Shown here: positions 21,001 through 29,206 of the stretch, piece by piece
Layout of the letters: the number at the start of each line of letters is the position of its first letter
Numbering within the stretch: the stretch's first letter is position 1
IMG/VR virus record: IMGVR_UViG_3300027733_000040
Location: 1-64,000 of that record
Strand: one strand, 5' to 3'
Length of the DNA stretch: 64,000 nt
From: a virus
Translations under genes and position numbers: made by a program
Notes under the pieces: generated by a model
What the model was told of the DNA's origin: nothing
The model's database searches: none
The model's input: only the letters and a program-made list of their open reading frames with translations

Positions 21001-24000
21001 TCTTACCAGTAGCCACAATATTGACGTATGGCACATCACTGCCACTTGGCCATTTCTGAAAACAAGTTAAATCTGGATTTACAAATGGTGGTGGTGATGC
21101 ATCGCAAAGAGATACAGCAATATTTGCTAGATTACCACGTTCGGCCGTCGAGGAAAAAGCCAGAAAACGATTATTTCCGAAAGCCACATCAGCATTACTT
21201 ATTATTAGCTGAGTGCCGGCATTACGAATATACCAATTATAGCCATCCGCAGAAACTGCTTCTATAGTGTCTGAAGATGTTACAAGGAAAATACTAGCCC
21301 CATAAACAATCCGCTTCCATTGCACGGGCGGTGTCGCTCTCGTGGTAGGTAGCGAAACTTTTGTCCATTTTTTAGCATCTAAAGAGACAGCCACATAATT
21401 AGCATCAAGAGCACTTGGTATCGCTATGAAAACACCATTTCCATAAGTGATGTCTACCCAAGGGTCTATCTTTACAGGCAGATTAAAAGTATTCCAATTA
21501 ACACCATCGAATGAAACCATCGTATAGCCAGCGTTAACTAAAACGCCATTTGCCAATTCTTGTGATGCTATAGCCACAAATACGCCATTGGCGTAAATCA
21601 GCTCTGACCACGCAGCAAAAGCTGGAAGCGTCATTTGGGACCATGTCGCGCCATCATCTACAGAGTAAGCACCAATGTTAGAAAAGCTTAGAGCTACATA
21701 TCTCCCAGCACCATAACATATTTGGATCCAATTTTTGTTAGCAGGGCTAGGTAATGCTGGTAAGGTAGAAAATATCTGCCATGTTTTTCCGCCATCAATG
21801 GACTTAGCGATTTCTTTTTCTTCTGATAATAACAGGTATGTTTTATCAGGGCCGACAGCAATATCCTTCCATACAGTAGTTCCAGCAGTAACACCACCAT
21901 AAACATTGTAAGGAGACCAAGTAGTACCATCGTCACTTATCTGGAGAGCAGAAGTTGTGGCGTTAAGCAGTAAAAAATTAGAACCATACGTAAAGAGCAT
22001 GTCTGTATAAGGCGACATACCACTAATAGCACTAACAAAGTCTGGAGCTTTACTTGCAGTCCAAGTAGTAAGGCAGCTAATAGCATTGCAATTAGATATG
22101 GAAGCCTTTGCGCCAGTAATATCACCACTAAAGGCCGCTATAAATGTGTTGTTACCTCTGAAGAAAGTTAAAAAACTTATGCCTGGCGCTACAGTATTAT
22201 AAGTCAGCGATGATATCGACCAATTTATACCATCGGTAGAGTGAATAATGTCTGAATCATCAACACGAACGGGTACTTTTTTAGCAGCGACGAAAGCAGG
22301 CCCTAAGTAAGTAGCCGAAGCAGTCGATGCACTTTTTATAATGCTAAGGGCTGTGACGTTATTAGGGAGTTTTATGTCTTCCCATTTAGATGGAGAGCCG
22401 GTCTTAACAGCGGCGCCGTTATCTAAGGTAATAGCAACAAGTATACCGCTGTTACCTTCAATGCCGATCCATTTATCAGATCGCGAGAATTTTTCTATTA
22501 TCCATGTAACACCATCTATTGATGTCAAATACGAGTCATAAGAAGAGCCGGTTGTATTTTTTCCAATCAGATAAAACTTATCACTGTAGCTGACAGTTAA
22601 CCACACATTGTTAGTGATTACTGGCAGATTAATGAGTGTAAATGTAAGCATGGTAGCATCGACAGGATGGGTAGCATGTTTATACACTTTACCATCAGAA
22701 TGGATGGCGATTATCACTTTTGAGGTAGCATTAGAACATATTGAAGTAATATTAAGATTTATTCCAACTTGTGTTGAGTCGAAAGGTTTAGCCCAAGTAG
22801 TACCATCATTGGTAGAAAGACGCACAACGCCAGACGTACTATAGATCACTAGTGCTGGAAGTGTAGCGTCAGCTAGAGACGCGATTTTGTTCCAATATCC
22901 TGTTGTTAATGCTGGGAGTGTAAAAGTGGACCACGTTTTTCCGGAGGTGCTTTTATATCCGATATCATTTGCAAGTGTATTTCCATAAATGTCATTATGT
23001 GTGATCGCAAAATAATATAGACCAAATGATAAGGTATCAACAATCACCCGATCTGGCGGAATGTCAGATCGTTCCCAAATATATCCGCATATGTTGGTTG
23101 CAGGTGTTGGCGTTGGAGTGGGTGTTGGTGTGGGCGTTGGCGTTGGCGTTGGCGTTGGTGTCGGTGTTGGGGTCGGTGTGGGTGTGGGGTTTCCACCAAC
23201 ACTAGCCGCGGCTAGACCGTACCTCTCAGAGCCGATACCGGCTGTGTCTGTGGCTACAATACCGGTGTTATTAACAAGATTAGTTATACTAACAGCAGTT
23301 GTAGAAGTGGTTCTGCCATATCCAAATATGGCTTTATCACCACCATATCCGGCTGACGCCGATCCCATTCTAGGAGTGCCAATTCCAGTAGCATCAGAAG
23401 CTACTACACCAGTATTGTTAACAAGATTAGTTAGAGAGATATAAAGACCAGCGCTAAACCCATAACCAAAGATTGCTTTGTCATTGCCATAGCCTGCTGC
23501 TGAAGGGCCTGATCTACTACTTCCAACGCTAGTGTTGTCTGATGCGACGACACCGATATTGCTAACAAGATTAGTCGTCGAATAAAGGCTACTATTGTCT
23601 TGCCCGAAGCCAAATATCGCCTTATCGCCTCCATAACTTGCTGCAGCTAAATAGTTTCTTTGCTTACCAACACCCGCTGTGTCGGAAGCTACAATACCAG
23701 TGTTGTTAACAAGGTTAGTTAGGGCGACATAAGCTGTAGAATAACCATAGCCGAATATGGCTTTGTCTAAGCCGTATCCTGCCGCAGCTAAGCCTATTCT
23801 CGCAGTTCCTACTCCAGACGTGTCGGACGCCACTATTCCCAAATTACTAACTAGATTAGTAGTGGAGACCTTTACATCTACACTATAAGTAACCCCATAT
23901 CCGAATATTGCTTTATCGCCGCCATATCCTGCTGCGGCCAAATAAAATCTTGCAGTTCCAACGCCAGTAGTGTCAGTTGCGACTACACCTGTATTAGAAA

Positions 24001-25795
24001 CTAGGTTTGTAACGCTCGATGTAGCCAAGCTGTCACCGAGACCAAATCCAAATATAGCTCGGCCGGTTGTGCTGGGCGTCGGTGTTGGAGTGGGTGTTGG
24101 TGTGGGCGTTGGAGTAGGAGTAGGCGTTGGAGTAGGCGTTGGAGTAGGCGTTGGAGTAGGCGTTGGAGTAGGTGAAGCTGTAGGCGTAGCTGTAGGCGTA
24201 GCAGTAGGCGTAGTCGGAGAAGGCGTTCCAGTACCACCACCAATATCAGTACAAGCACCCATCTGCACATTAGGACAATAAAAGAAAGGTTCTTGACAAC
24301 AATTATCGACTTCAGGAGACGCAGGAATTAGAATCTGCCAAGGAAACTGAGCGTTTTTTGGGCCGTCAGCACCATACCACGTTACACCACCAGTCTCGCA
24401 AGGTTCCTTGTTAGTTAAAGGTACCCAATCGAACGCATTCTTCTCATAATTATGCTTAGTAACACAATTAGGCAAAGGCTGCCAAACAAAAAAATTAGTC
24501 TTAGGCGTTTCAGAGCCGATAATATTGGTTTCATGTACCCTTAGAGACTTATATCTATTGGCAGTAGTTTCGACACTCGCTAAAACGCTTTTAATCGGGC
24601 TTTCAAAAGCCAAATTTGTTGATCCTGGCACCAAAGAGATATTATCGACATTAGTTTCTAAACTTATATCGCCAAACGATGATAATAAAGTCGAAGAACT
24701 CTTATCATATCTTAAGCCGATGAGAGGTTTTTTAGCTAGGACCGAACCGCCAGCTTCAATAGCGACTTCACTAACACTAAGTTTAGAAGATCCGATATCG
24801 CCCCTAGCTCCATCTGGGCCGCATTGCCTAGACTTTACAGCATAATTGGTATTCCAAGCACCGACTTTAAGGACGATTTTACCGTAAGCGATATGATATT
24901 CTTTATTATAACCTATAAGAGCGGCTGACGCAGCTTCATCGATCAAAGCTGAAAGCTCACCGGAAAAACGAACCGGAATCTCGCCAGTTGGATCAATTTT
25001 TATTTCTAGTACACTTTGCGCATTTATAGAATCTAAGTCAAGATTTTTAATGACATCATTTAAACAGAAGTAAAATTGATCATTGCCGGCAGCGCATTTA
25101 TTTCTAATATCGGCTTGAAGCCGCATATATTCTTCGTATTCATTATTAATAGTTAATAAATAAATCGGCAATTCGACATAAGATGGAAGAAGAGAAGGAG
25201 CAAAAGAAGGATCAAGTTCATCTAATCTTACACTAATATCTGGTACATGGCCATTGGGAAGATATATTTTTCCGCCGGCGGCAAGCGGTTGAGGAGTATA
25301 GACGGCAAACGACAGGGTATTATTGTCGAAAGTCGGATTAAATGAGAGTTCTGCGGGGGCTGCTAGGCCATCGACCCCAGCAGCACCGATTAATCCTCGC
25401 TGGCCGGTTGGGCCTTTGCATCGCTCATTATATAACAGACGATAAAGCCGCTGCATATTAATTTCTATGCGCAATTGGCTTTTAGATTCTGCTTTAAACT
25501 TGATTAATCGGTTGTTAGATCTGAAATAATAATAATAAGCACCTCTGCCTGGTAATATCTTTAAAGGCGCTTGGTTAAGGGCTTCTTTAAAATTTTTATA
25601 ATATTGTATTCGTTTATAGATTTCTGGGGAAACGAAGCCATCATTCTTTTCATCGACTATTATAGGTGGTTGAAGATAGCCGATTGAGACCCAAGTATCA
25701 GTAGAAGAGTAATATCTCCAAACATTTCCATACTTATCTGCGACTTCTTGACCGTCTTTAGCGTTTCTTGGGAAACGAGGTGTAAATTTAGCCAT
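15068..25795 (-). CDS. 3575-aa modular virion fibre/adhesin-like protein: N-terminal domain with short collagen-like triplets, two 6-repeat Kelch-like propellers, BNR/sialidase-like and RCC1-like propellers, about 9 PT linkers
   Basis: GPTGQRGLIGAAGVDG; AIFGYG...TNLVS.TGVVATDT.GVGT.R..LAAAGYG.DK x12; SxDGxTW BNR boxes; RCC1-like IAPGNGFTAFLTNQGEIYYVG. Confidence 0.75.
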   Translation of the reverse strand: MAKFTPRFPRNAKDGQEVADKYGNVWRYYSSTDTWVSIGYLQPPIIVDEKNDGFVSPEIYKRIQYYKNFKEALNQAPLKILPGRGAYYYYFRSNNRLIKFKAESKSQLRIEINMQRLYRLLYNERCKGPTGQRGLIGAAGVDGLAAPAELSFNPTFDNNTLSFAVYTPQPLAAGGKIYLPNGHVPDISVRLDELDPSFAPSLLPSYVELPIYLLTINNEYEEYMRLQADIRNKCAAGNDQFYFCLNDVIKNLDLDSINAQSVLEIKIDPTGEIPVRFSGELSALIDEAASAALIGYNKEYHIAYGKIVLKVGAWNTNYAVKSRQCGPDGARGDIGSSKLSVSEVAIEAGGSVLAKKPLIGLRYDKSSSTLLSSFGDISLETNVDNISLVPGSTNLAFESPIKSVLASVETTANRYKSLRVHETNIIGSETPKTNFFVWQPLPNCVTKHNYEKNAFDWVPLTNKEPCETGGVTWYGADGPKNAQFPWQILIPASPEVDNCCQEPFFYCPNVQMGACTDIGGGTGTPSPTTPTATPTATPTASPTPTPTPTPTPTPTPTPTPTPTPTPTPTPTPTPSTTGRAIFGFGLGDSLATSSVTNLVSNTGVVATDTTGVGTARFYLAAAGYGGDKAIFGYGVTYSVDVKVSTTNLVSNLGIVASDTSGVGTARIGLAAAGYGLDKAIFGYGYSTAYVALTNLVNNTGIVASDTAGVGKQRNYLAAASYGGDKAIFGFGQDNSSLYSTTNLVSNIGVVASDNTSVGSSRSGPSAAGYGNDKAIFGYGFSAGLYISLTNLVNNTGVVASDATGIGTPRMGSASAGYGGDKAIFGYGRTTSTTAVSITNLVNNTGIVATDTAGIGSERYGLAAASVGGNPTPTPTPTPTPTPTPTPTPTPTPTPTPTPATNICGYIWERSDIPPDRVIVDTLSFGLYYFAITHNDIYGNTLANDIGYKSTSGKTWSTFTLPALTTGYWNKIASLADATLPALVIYSTSGVVRLSTNDGTTWAKPFDSTQVGINLNITSICSNATSKVIIAIHSDGKVYKHATHPVDATMLTFTLINLPVITNNVWLTVSYSDKFYLIGKNTTGSSYDSYLTSIDGVTWIIEKFSRSDKWIGIEGNSGILVAITLDNGAAVKTGSPSKWEDIKLPNNVTALSIIKSASTASATYLGPAFVAAKKVPVRVDDSDIIHSTDGINWSISSLTYNTVAPGISFLTFFRGNNTFIAAFSGDITGAKASISNCNAISCLTTWTASKAPDFVSAISGMSPYTDMLFTYGSNFLLLNATTSALQISDDGTTWSPYNVYGGVTAGTTVWKDIAVGPDKTYLLLSEEKEIAKSIDGGKTWQIFSTLPALPSPANKNWIQICYGAGRYVALSFSNIGAYSVDDGATWSQMTLPAFAAWSELIYANGVFVAIASQELANGVLVNAGYTMVSFDGVNWNTFNLPVKIDPWVDITYGNGVFIAIPSALDANYVAVSLDAKKWTKVSLPTTRATPPVQWKRIVYGASIFLVTSSDTIEAVSADGYNWYIRNAGTQLIISNADVAFGNNRFLAFSSTAERGNLANIAVSLCDASPPPFVNPDLTCFQKWPSGSDVPYVNIVATGKTSGAVVTSTSTTTPCSIGWYISGNTTAPPPPRGTSTQFTVDVGGEIKGASSGVIVSSVSGTPIYVICPDDSTFYFNNGVALNNSYAFTINELIRVRNVKQSSGPVTIGIPDSTNTGSVDLFYKGTQVDANGNVLHIAACAPVITDFSVFLTKKNSFYGGLSNGRNFIQNETITMVGGVSNTADYVVTAIATKKGTLLNPLWEGYEITLACPFITPTPTPTPTPTPTPTYTTKTICAKLLAWGYNGIEYQLGTGSKELFVSDPDVVLIANPVTFDGTSYLATPVPLPGSPVTCASCPYDLGPVTNPNVKSGDLYDGPCSPGCIGACSYYASVVNGVLRWVFANTSCLPAPVATPVPTPTPTPTPTPTPVPTPTPTPTPKAPTPTPTPIPSAPTPTIQVRNICVDITFLGSSPDKFSYTITASRNGVLASYAVPLLYSNTDCGKQSKHMFSIPSSSPLGPWTLELVTNWDQVKLPHTRPGSAGSRCQPLNGYIGYTDVECQIYTLAYIDTTMSTIANGRSWPNNVISAFTNVWGGSCATFATTPIPTNCFSSWPPYYRITGKQLIVCVKSGAVIDTLKNNTQVVLTLVGHYNPNQFNYREFWQYNDLGLVTTTPFSVGDVIMFTAVNSPLQGYENKNYMISEISGGVHKIICDQVTVAPTPTPTPTPTPTNCFDSWPKIGLRDTGHQTIVCVKTGAVIDTFKNGYQVILILTNGYNPIQNNYREFWQVYNNSVQIVPTTPFFVGDKIRFNAIFTPTRGYEDKDYYISEINGGVHKIVCDPVATPTPTPTPNITCQIIFSANGRGRLTNYDYSPNTTILLSDLTIGGYEVTDSTMSDTKFWTLSIQLNASPANYRIDEYNITTTPFSINTTPARVFMLGTAGTIPGLDFSAAGGTWNHDGFCYKSNNKLLLGSKSLFELDITTSQIVVTKLFDLSYSGAWKTDNFNEILYNPITNRFTTIIANDNHDFYIAEYKLDGTLWNVKQLPSISANNSYSGLFVYNSQIYMTTYLNRTIYAINKSTLSAVVDRVAPLPAGQTELLINGIAQLITCNTASLDPSTTPTPTPGAASAIFGYGFLQNAGSLSITNLVSPTGVVATDTTGVGTKRFDLAAAGYGGNKAIFAFGSNNVVLSLSNLVSSTGVVATDTAGVGTARHTLAAAEYGGDKAIFGYGGGTGAGAGFYNSITNLVTSTGVVATDTAGVGTPRQALAAAGYGGDKAIFGYGFANGSVYISLTNLVSSTGVVATDTAGVGTARVWLAAAGYGTDKAIFGYGDTGAGTVSLTNLVSSSGVVATDTAGIGTTRTRLAAAGYGGDRAIFGYGSTSGGSALSITNLVSSSGVVATDTAGVGTARMSLAAARLGSPTPTPTPTPTPTPTPTPTPTPTPTPTPTPTPTPTPTPTPTPTPTPTPTSVPDGKCFVWYGDTLSNYGINHLVSGSSGMLLINPPSSGTPNFDGYLYGSGYWAGRPNNSTQMLRIDGKVNSLVAAPGMWRYVNTFGSMAYAIDGNSDLYTWGIDTFSEACHDKKGEIIAEPTRVTAEFLPKLSKVSYNQIAPGNGFTAFLTNQGEIYYVGKNSMEAYLGVSLKWTSDTTYERTDANGIAYLYKPTLIASDPSYKQIYACDSALIIVDASGGLHVIGENKCGVLGINQKEGYTTNKVIPMYNPIPVQTIGSGAGPGVSGIGLGAGVGFGVRTSKTNVMALTRDGDLLFWGGFVGQTGLPRNSYVPIKLDLPESGVIDYQPNTSGCLVVFKSGNVYGYGYSIIDNNNASDTFSSSFVQIGFGSINGAFVLAHGSPERNGYVLAKDFVKPQIPVGPGLCMTIFDNVAKIDTITDGKGIQFYIGDTIEVKLDSATDPFNGKYLITNIEKLVSGSKTIKRMRLKCLDGICLVSASPGLITVPAVLPYLRSITSTGGASIMPLPTGSTAIYTVTFDPNCGSGPTPTPTPTPTPTPTPTPTATPTPTATPTPTPTTSKLKVLYTAWK
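16785..16930. repeat. Hexamer microsatellite (GGTGTT/GGTGTG)n encoding a poly(Pro-Thr) linker
   Basis: Directly visible; related tracts at about 15109-15202, 18639-18665, 19000-19035, 19820-19950, 20320-20365, 23103-23190 and 24075-24220. Confidence 0.9.
16930..17815 (-). repeat. Six ~48-aa AIFGYG repeats (propeller block 2)
   Basis: Six repeats counted in the translation; paralogous to 23190-24070. Confidence 0.85.
23190..24070 (-). repeat. Six ~48-aa AIFGYG repeats (propeller block 1)
   Basis: Six repeats counted in the translation. Confidence 0.85.
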
Positions 25796-25892
25796 TTGTT
25801 TTCCTGTCGGTGGACCTTTATCTTTTAATTTTTATTTTAAATGGCGCATTTATTATGTACCAAGCTCCTCCCCGCCCGCCCTAAAAGCCTTT

Positions 25893-25914
25893 AAAAAAAA
25901 GACCAAAGGTGGCC
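25893..25914 (-). terminator. Candidate weak intrinsic terminator
   Basis: Minus strand GGCCA-CCTT-TGGTC (5 bp including one G-U) followed by T8. Confidence 0.4.
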
Positions 25915-26335
25915 GGAGGTGCAAATGGTTTATTAAATGCCTCGGTTTTACTATTTAACACTACCAGTCCGGCTCACCAAGTCGCTTATGGTTTGCGGGG
26001 TTTAGAGCCAGCTAATAGTCAACAATAATAATGGGATCTGCCGCCGTCGGTGAGGTTCAGTCACCCGTACACTCTATCAGGTTTGGTGTCTCAGATCTTT
26101 GAGTTAGGAACTATATATGGGGCTGCTGATGGCTCGCAGACATTCCGTCCTCTGTTAAGCCACGCCTTCTCTAGTGATATAGCTCATCGCCGAGTTGGGG
26201 AGTTACAGGCATTTATTTATACAAACCAGATCATTGGAGATAACTTGCCTGAAAAGACCGAATCTGGTTTCCCAACTGCTTTAAAACTTACGACAAACGT
26301 GGTCGCTATGTTGTCAACACTAGACTGTTGACTGT
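25893..26335 (-). ncRNA. Candidate large structured non-coding RNA of unknown family
   Basis: Lies in the only long intergenic gap (about 550 bp). Complementary segments: 26223-31/26262-70, 26193-99/26271-77, 26206-11/26246-51 (crossing), 26313-19/26326-32, 26017-24/26326-33, 26035-40/26092-97, 26049-53/26061-65 and 25971-75/26005-09. Strand inferred from the flanking genes and the terminator. Confidence 0.5.
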
Positions 26336-26395
26336 GTGATAATACACTTATTCTATTTCTTGGGATTCTGATAGGTATTGTTCATCGCCGAGTTG
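26184..26395. repeat. 14-bp perfect direct repeat TCATCGCCGAGTTG (26184-26197 and 26382-26395)
   Basis: Read directly; the second copy lies in the 3' end of sbcD. Confidence 0.8.
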
Positions 26396-27436
26396 TATGA
26401 TTTCCTGATTTAGTTTTAATATCAGTTTGTCATCAAGCTCTTTAAAATTTTTATCTTTTTTAATCCATCTGTCGAAGTAATCGCTGATGCCGTAAGTTTT
26501 TATTTCTTTTCTGCCAGCAGTTATCTTTTCGACCGGGGTGATGAACTTTATGCTTTTAGGATTGTAGTTTTCTAGTAGTAGTCTAATCGATTCTTTCTCA
26601 TTCTCCGCGATGGTTTCACCCAACACGACACGAATGTGGTTATTCTTAATTACTTCTTCAGATGTCGAATTAACATCTGTGTGAATGATGGTATAAAAAT
26701 TTGGGGGCGGAGCTTCAGTTGGGTAGAACTTTTGGCCAGCTTTCTGGATATTGACGAACTTCTGTTCTAAAGTGTCAGTATCTAATACTAAGAATCCATG
26801 GGGAATACCTCCCTCGTCATGCTTAAAAGGTATTGGTGACCCTGGGTAATATACCCTATCGCCTATAGATTGTCTATTATGATAATGGCCAGTGAAGATC
26901 TTTCTATATGGTGTATTGTTAAATGTAATAGAAGAATTCGAAGCTTGGGTAAAGCAGGTGTTATAGGTGGCGCCATTTACACCAATGTGCGTTAGAAGTA
27001 TAGTTTCGGCATCAGCTTTTTGTGAAAGTAATTCTAAGACTTTGCGATATGTGCTTTCTTTGGTCATATACGGCAAGATATGGAAATGTCTTCCTTCTAT
27101 TACAAGATCTTTTATATCGTTAATAACCACTAATTTATCATTTATCGGATCTAAACTATTACATTTCCAGCTGTGCCTGAGATACATGTCGTGGTTGCCA
27201 GGAAATACGATCCATGTCTGCTTTAGCTCTCTGCATTCGTTAAAGAATTCTGTCGCTTTGTTTAAAACATCTATCTCTAGATATTTTCTATCATGGAAGA
27301 GGTCGCCGAGGATCAGGACGATGTCGATGTTAGCTACTTGACAATATGAACGTATTGTTTTTAGTGCATAAATGGTATCATTTAATCTGCCCGTGAGTCC
27401 TAAATGAATGTCTGCCGTTATTGCGATGTTTGCCAT
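26348..27436 (-). CDS. sbcD: Mre11/SbcD/gp47-like metallophosphoesterase nuclease
   Basis: ADIHLG, LGDLFH, PGNHD, LTH, TGHYH, YPGSP. Confidence 0.9.
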   Translation of the reverse strand: MANIAITADIHLGLTGRLNDTIYALKTIRSYCQVANIDIVLILGDLFHDRKYLEIDVLNKATEFFNECRELKQTWIVFPGNHDMYLRHSWKCNSLDPINDKLVVINDIKDLVIEGRHFHILPYMTKESTYRKVLELLSQKADAETILLTHIGVNGATYNTCFTQASNSSITFNNTPYRKIFTGHYHNRQSIGDRVYYPGSPIPFKHDEGGIPHGFLVLDTDTLEQKFVNIQKAGQKFYPTEAPPPNFYTIIHTDVNSTSEEVIKNNHIRVVLGETIAENEKESIRLLLENYNPKSIKFITPVEKITAGRKEIKTYGISDYFDRWIKKDKNFKELDDKLILKLNQEIIQLGDEQYLSESQEIE

Positions 27437-27459
27437 ATTTTGTTCCTTAATGGTGATAA

Positions 27460-29193
27460 ATGTATAATACGGATGATATAGATAAATTCTTTGTTAAATC
27501 TGCTTACCGCGATGGACAGAGGGAAGCTATCAAGTTCGTGCTTGATTCTTTTAATTCTGGTAAAAAGATCGTTATAATCGAAGCTCCCACTGGCTCTGGT
27601 AAGACTGCCATCGGGATGACGGTTGCTAAATTTTTCGATAATATGTATTGGCTAACTGCTACTAAGCAACTGCAAGACCAGTTAGTATCTGAATACGGCT
27701 CTATCGTGACGGAGCTTAAAGGCAGGAATGCTTATGAATGCGACGTCTGGGAAAGAATGAAAGGCAAAAAGAAATGGAGTCTTACCCTTGCCGCTTCGGA
27801 TATTAACAAGCTCGACAATGGTTTTAGGAATTGCTCCGTTGGTGTCTGTAAGACCAATTTGCTTGGCTCTGGCGTTAAGTGCCGCTTTTGCTTCGAGAAC
27901 GCAGAGGAGAATATTTTCTTGCCCCCTGGACGCACTTTCAGCGCCTGTGCCTATTATGAGCAACTTCATAAGGCGATCAATTCTAGATTTCTGTGTATGA
28001 ATTTTAGCTCTTTCCTCTATCAGACCACTTTTACCAAAGATCGTTTCGTTGATCCCCGCAGTCTACTTATTACCGATGAGGCACATAATCTTGGTCAAGA
28101 AATACTTTCTTTTGTTAACGTTACGATTAGCGATATCGATTTAAAAGAACGTGGCTATGCCCTTCCGGTTTTCGATAGTCCTAATCAGTATAAGCAATGG
28201 TTTTTAAATGAGAATATTATTGGTGTTTTTAAGGAGCTTGAGGAGATCGCAATTGCAGATGAGGACCATATAGCCGCTAGAGACTTTCTGGGTGTTGCCG
28301 GCAAGATCGAAATGTTTGTGGATAATGATTTCGATGATTGCGAATGGGTTATGGATCACGAAATTAAGTTTTCTCCTTCTGTCGGTGAATACCGTGTGCT
28401 TAACTTGAGACCAGTTATCGTTGGTGATTTTGCCGAGCGTTTCATTTTTAGGCATGGTAACAAGGTGCTTCTGATGAGTGCTACTATTCTTGATGTCGAC
28501 ACTTTTTGTAACACCGTTGGTGTCGATAGGTCTGACGTTGCTGCTCTTAGGATGAAGAATCGCTTTCCTGTCGAGAATAGGCCGATTTACTATTGGCCGG
28601 CTGCTCAAATGACCGGTGGTAAGGATAAGATGGTCGATTGGGGTCCACCTTTGGTTAGGTCAGTCGAAGCTATCGTTAATAAATTTGGCCACCAAAGGGG
28701 AATTATTCATACTCATAATAACGCTATTATGGAGTATCTTAGCCTGAATTGTGAATCTAGTGTTTCGAAGCGTTTTAGATCTTCTAAGGATTATCCTAAT
28801 AGGTCTGACCTTTTAGACTCTCATGCTTTATCCCATGATAGCATCATTATTTCTCCTTCTCTTTATGAGGGCGTTGATCTTAAGGATGATTTGAGCCGTT
28901 TTCAGATCGTTTGCAAGATGCCTTTTGCTAATTTCTATGATGATAAGCAGTTGGCGGCGAGGATGAAATTAGATGATAAATATTATGACTGGATTACTGT
29001 TTTAAGGCTTGTGCAATCCGTTGGTAGAAGTGTTAGGTCTCACGCAGATCATGCCGACACATTTATTATAGATGGGTCTTTCGAGAGATTATTTAAAAAA
29101 GCCAAGGCGATGTTTCCGGCGTGGTTTAAAGAAGCGGTGGTCGATATTTCTAGTTTGAGGCAGGTTCATTTACACCAACCTTTAAATATATAA
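27460..29193 (+). CDS. DinG/Rad3-like SF2 DNA helicase
   Basis: Q motif RDGQ, EAPTGSGKT, Cys cluster, DEAH, MSAT, EGVDL, QSVGRSVR. Confidence 0.9.
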   Translation: MYNTDDIDKFFVKSAYRDGQREAIKFVLDSFNSGKKIVIIEAPTGSGKTAIGMTVAKFFDNMYWLTATKQLQDQLVSEYGSIVTELKGRNAYECDVWERMKGKKKWSLTLAASDINKLDNGFRNCSVGVCKTNLLGSGVKCRFCFENAEENIFLPPGRTFSACAYYEQLHKAINSRFLCMNFSSFLYQTTFTKDRFVDPRSLLITDEAHNLGQEILSFVNVTISDIDLKERGYALPVFDSPNQYKQWFLNENIIGVFKELEEIAIADEDHIAARDFLGVAGKIEMFVDNDFDDCEWVMDHEIKFSPSVGEYRVLNLRPVIVGDFAERFIFRHGNKVLLMSATILDVDTFCNTVGVDRSDVAALRMKNRFPVENRPIYYWPAAQMTGGKDKMVDWGPPLVRSVEAIVNKFGHQRGIIHTHNNAIMEYLSLNCESSVSKRFRSSKDYPNRSDLLDSHALSHDSIIISPSLYEGVDLKDDLSRFQIVCKMPFANFYDDKQLAARMKLDDKYYDWITVLRLVQSVGRSVRSHADHADTFIIDGSFERLFKKAKAMFPAWFKEAVVDISSLRQVHLHQPLNI

Positions 29194-29206
29194 TATACTT
29201 TATCTT

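Noticed and set aside
16930-24070. Diversity-generating retroelement (TR/VR pair)
   Set aside because: The repeats are in-frame protein repeats differing at all base types, and there is no reverse transcriptase in the window.
13545-24220. CRISPR array
   Set aside because: The repeats are codon-phased PT microsatellites without unique spacers, and no cas operon is present. The 55442-56158 nuclease is a generic PD-(D/E)XK enzyme.
13419-24281. Plus-strand (GV)n ORFs and other antisense track ORFs
   Set aside because: These are shadows of the PT repeats and of real genes on the other strand.
26050-26331. 93-aa plus-strand ORF
   Set aside because: No SD, opposite to both neighbours, no motif, and it overlaps the structured region.
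26119-26340. tmRNA (GGGGCTG start) or HEARO/omega RNA (GTCAAC...GTTGAC)
   Set aside because: No T-arm or CCA end, and no IscB/TnpB gene nearby.
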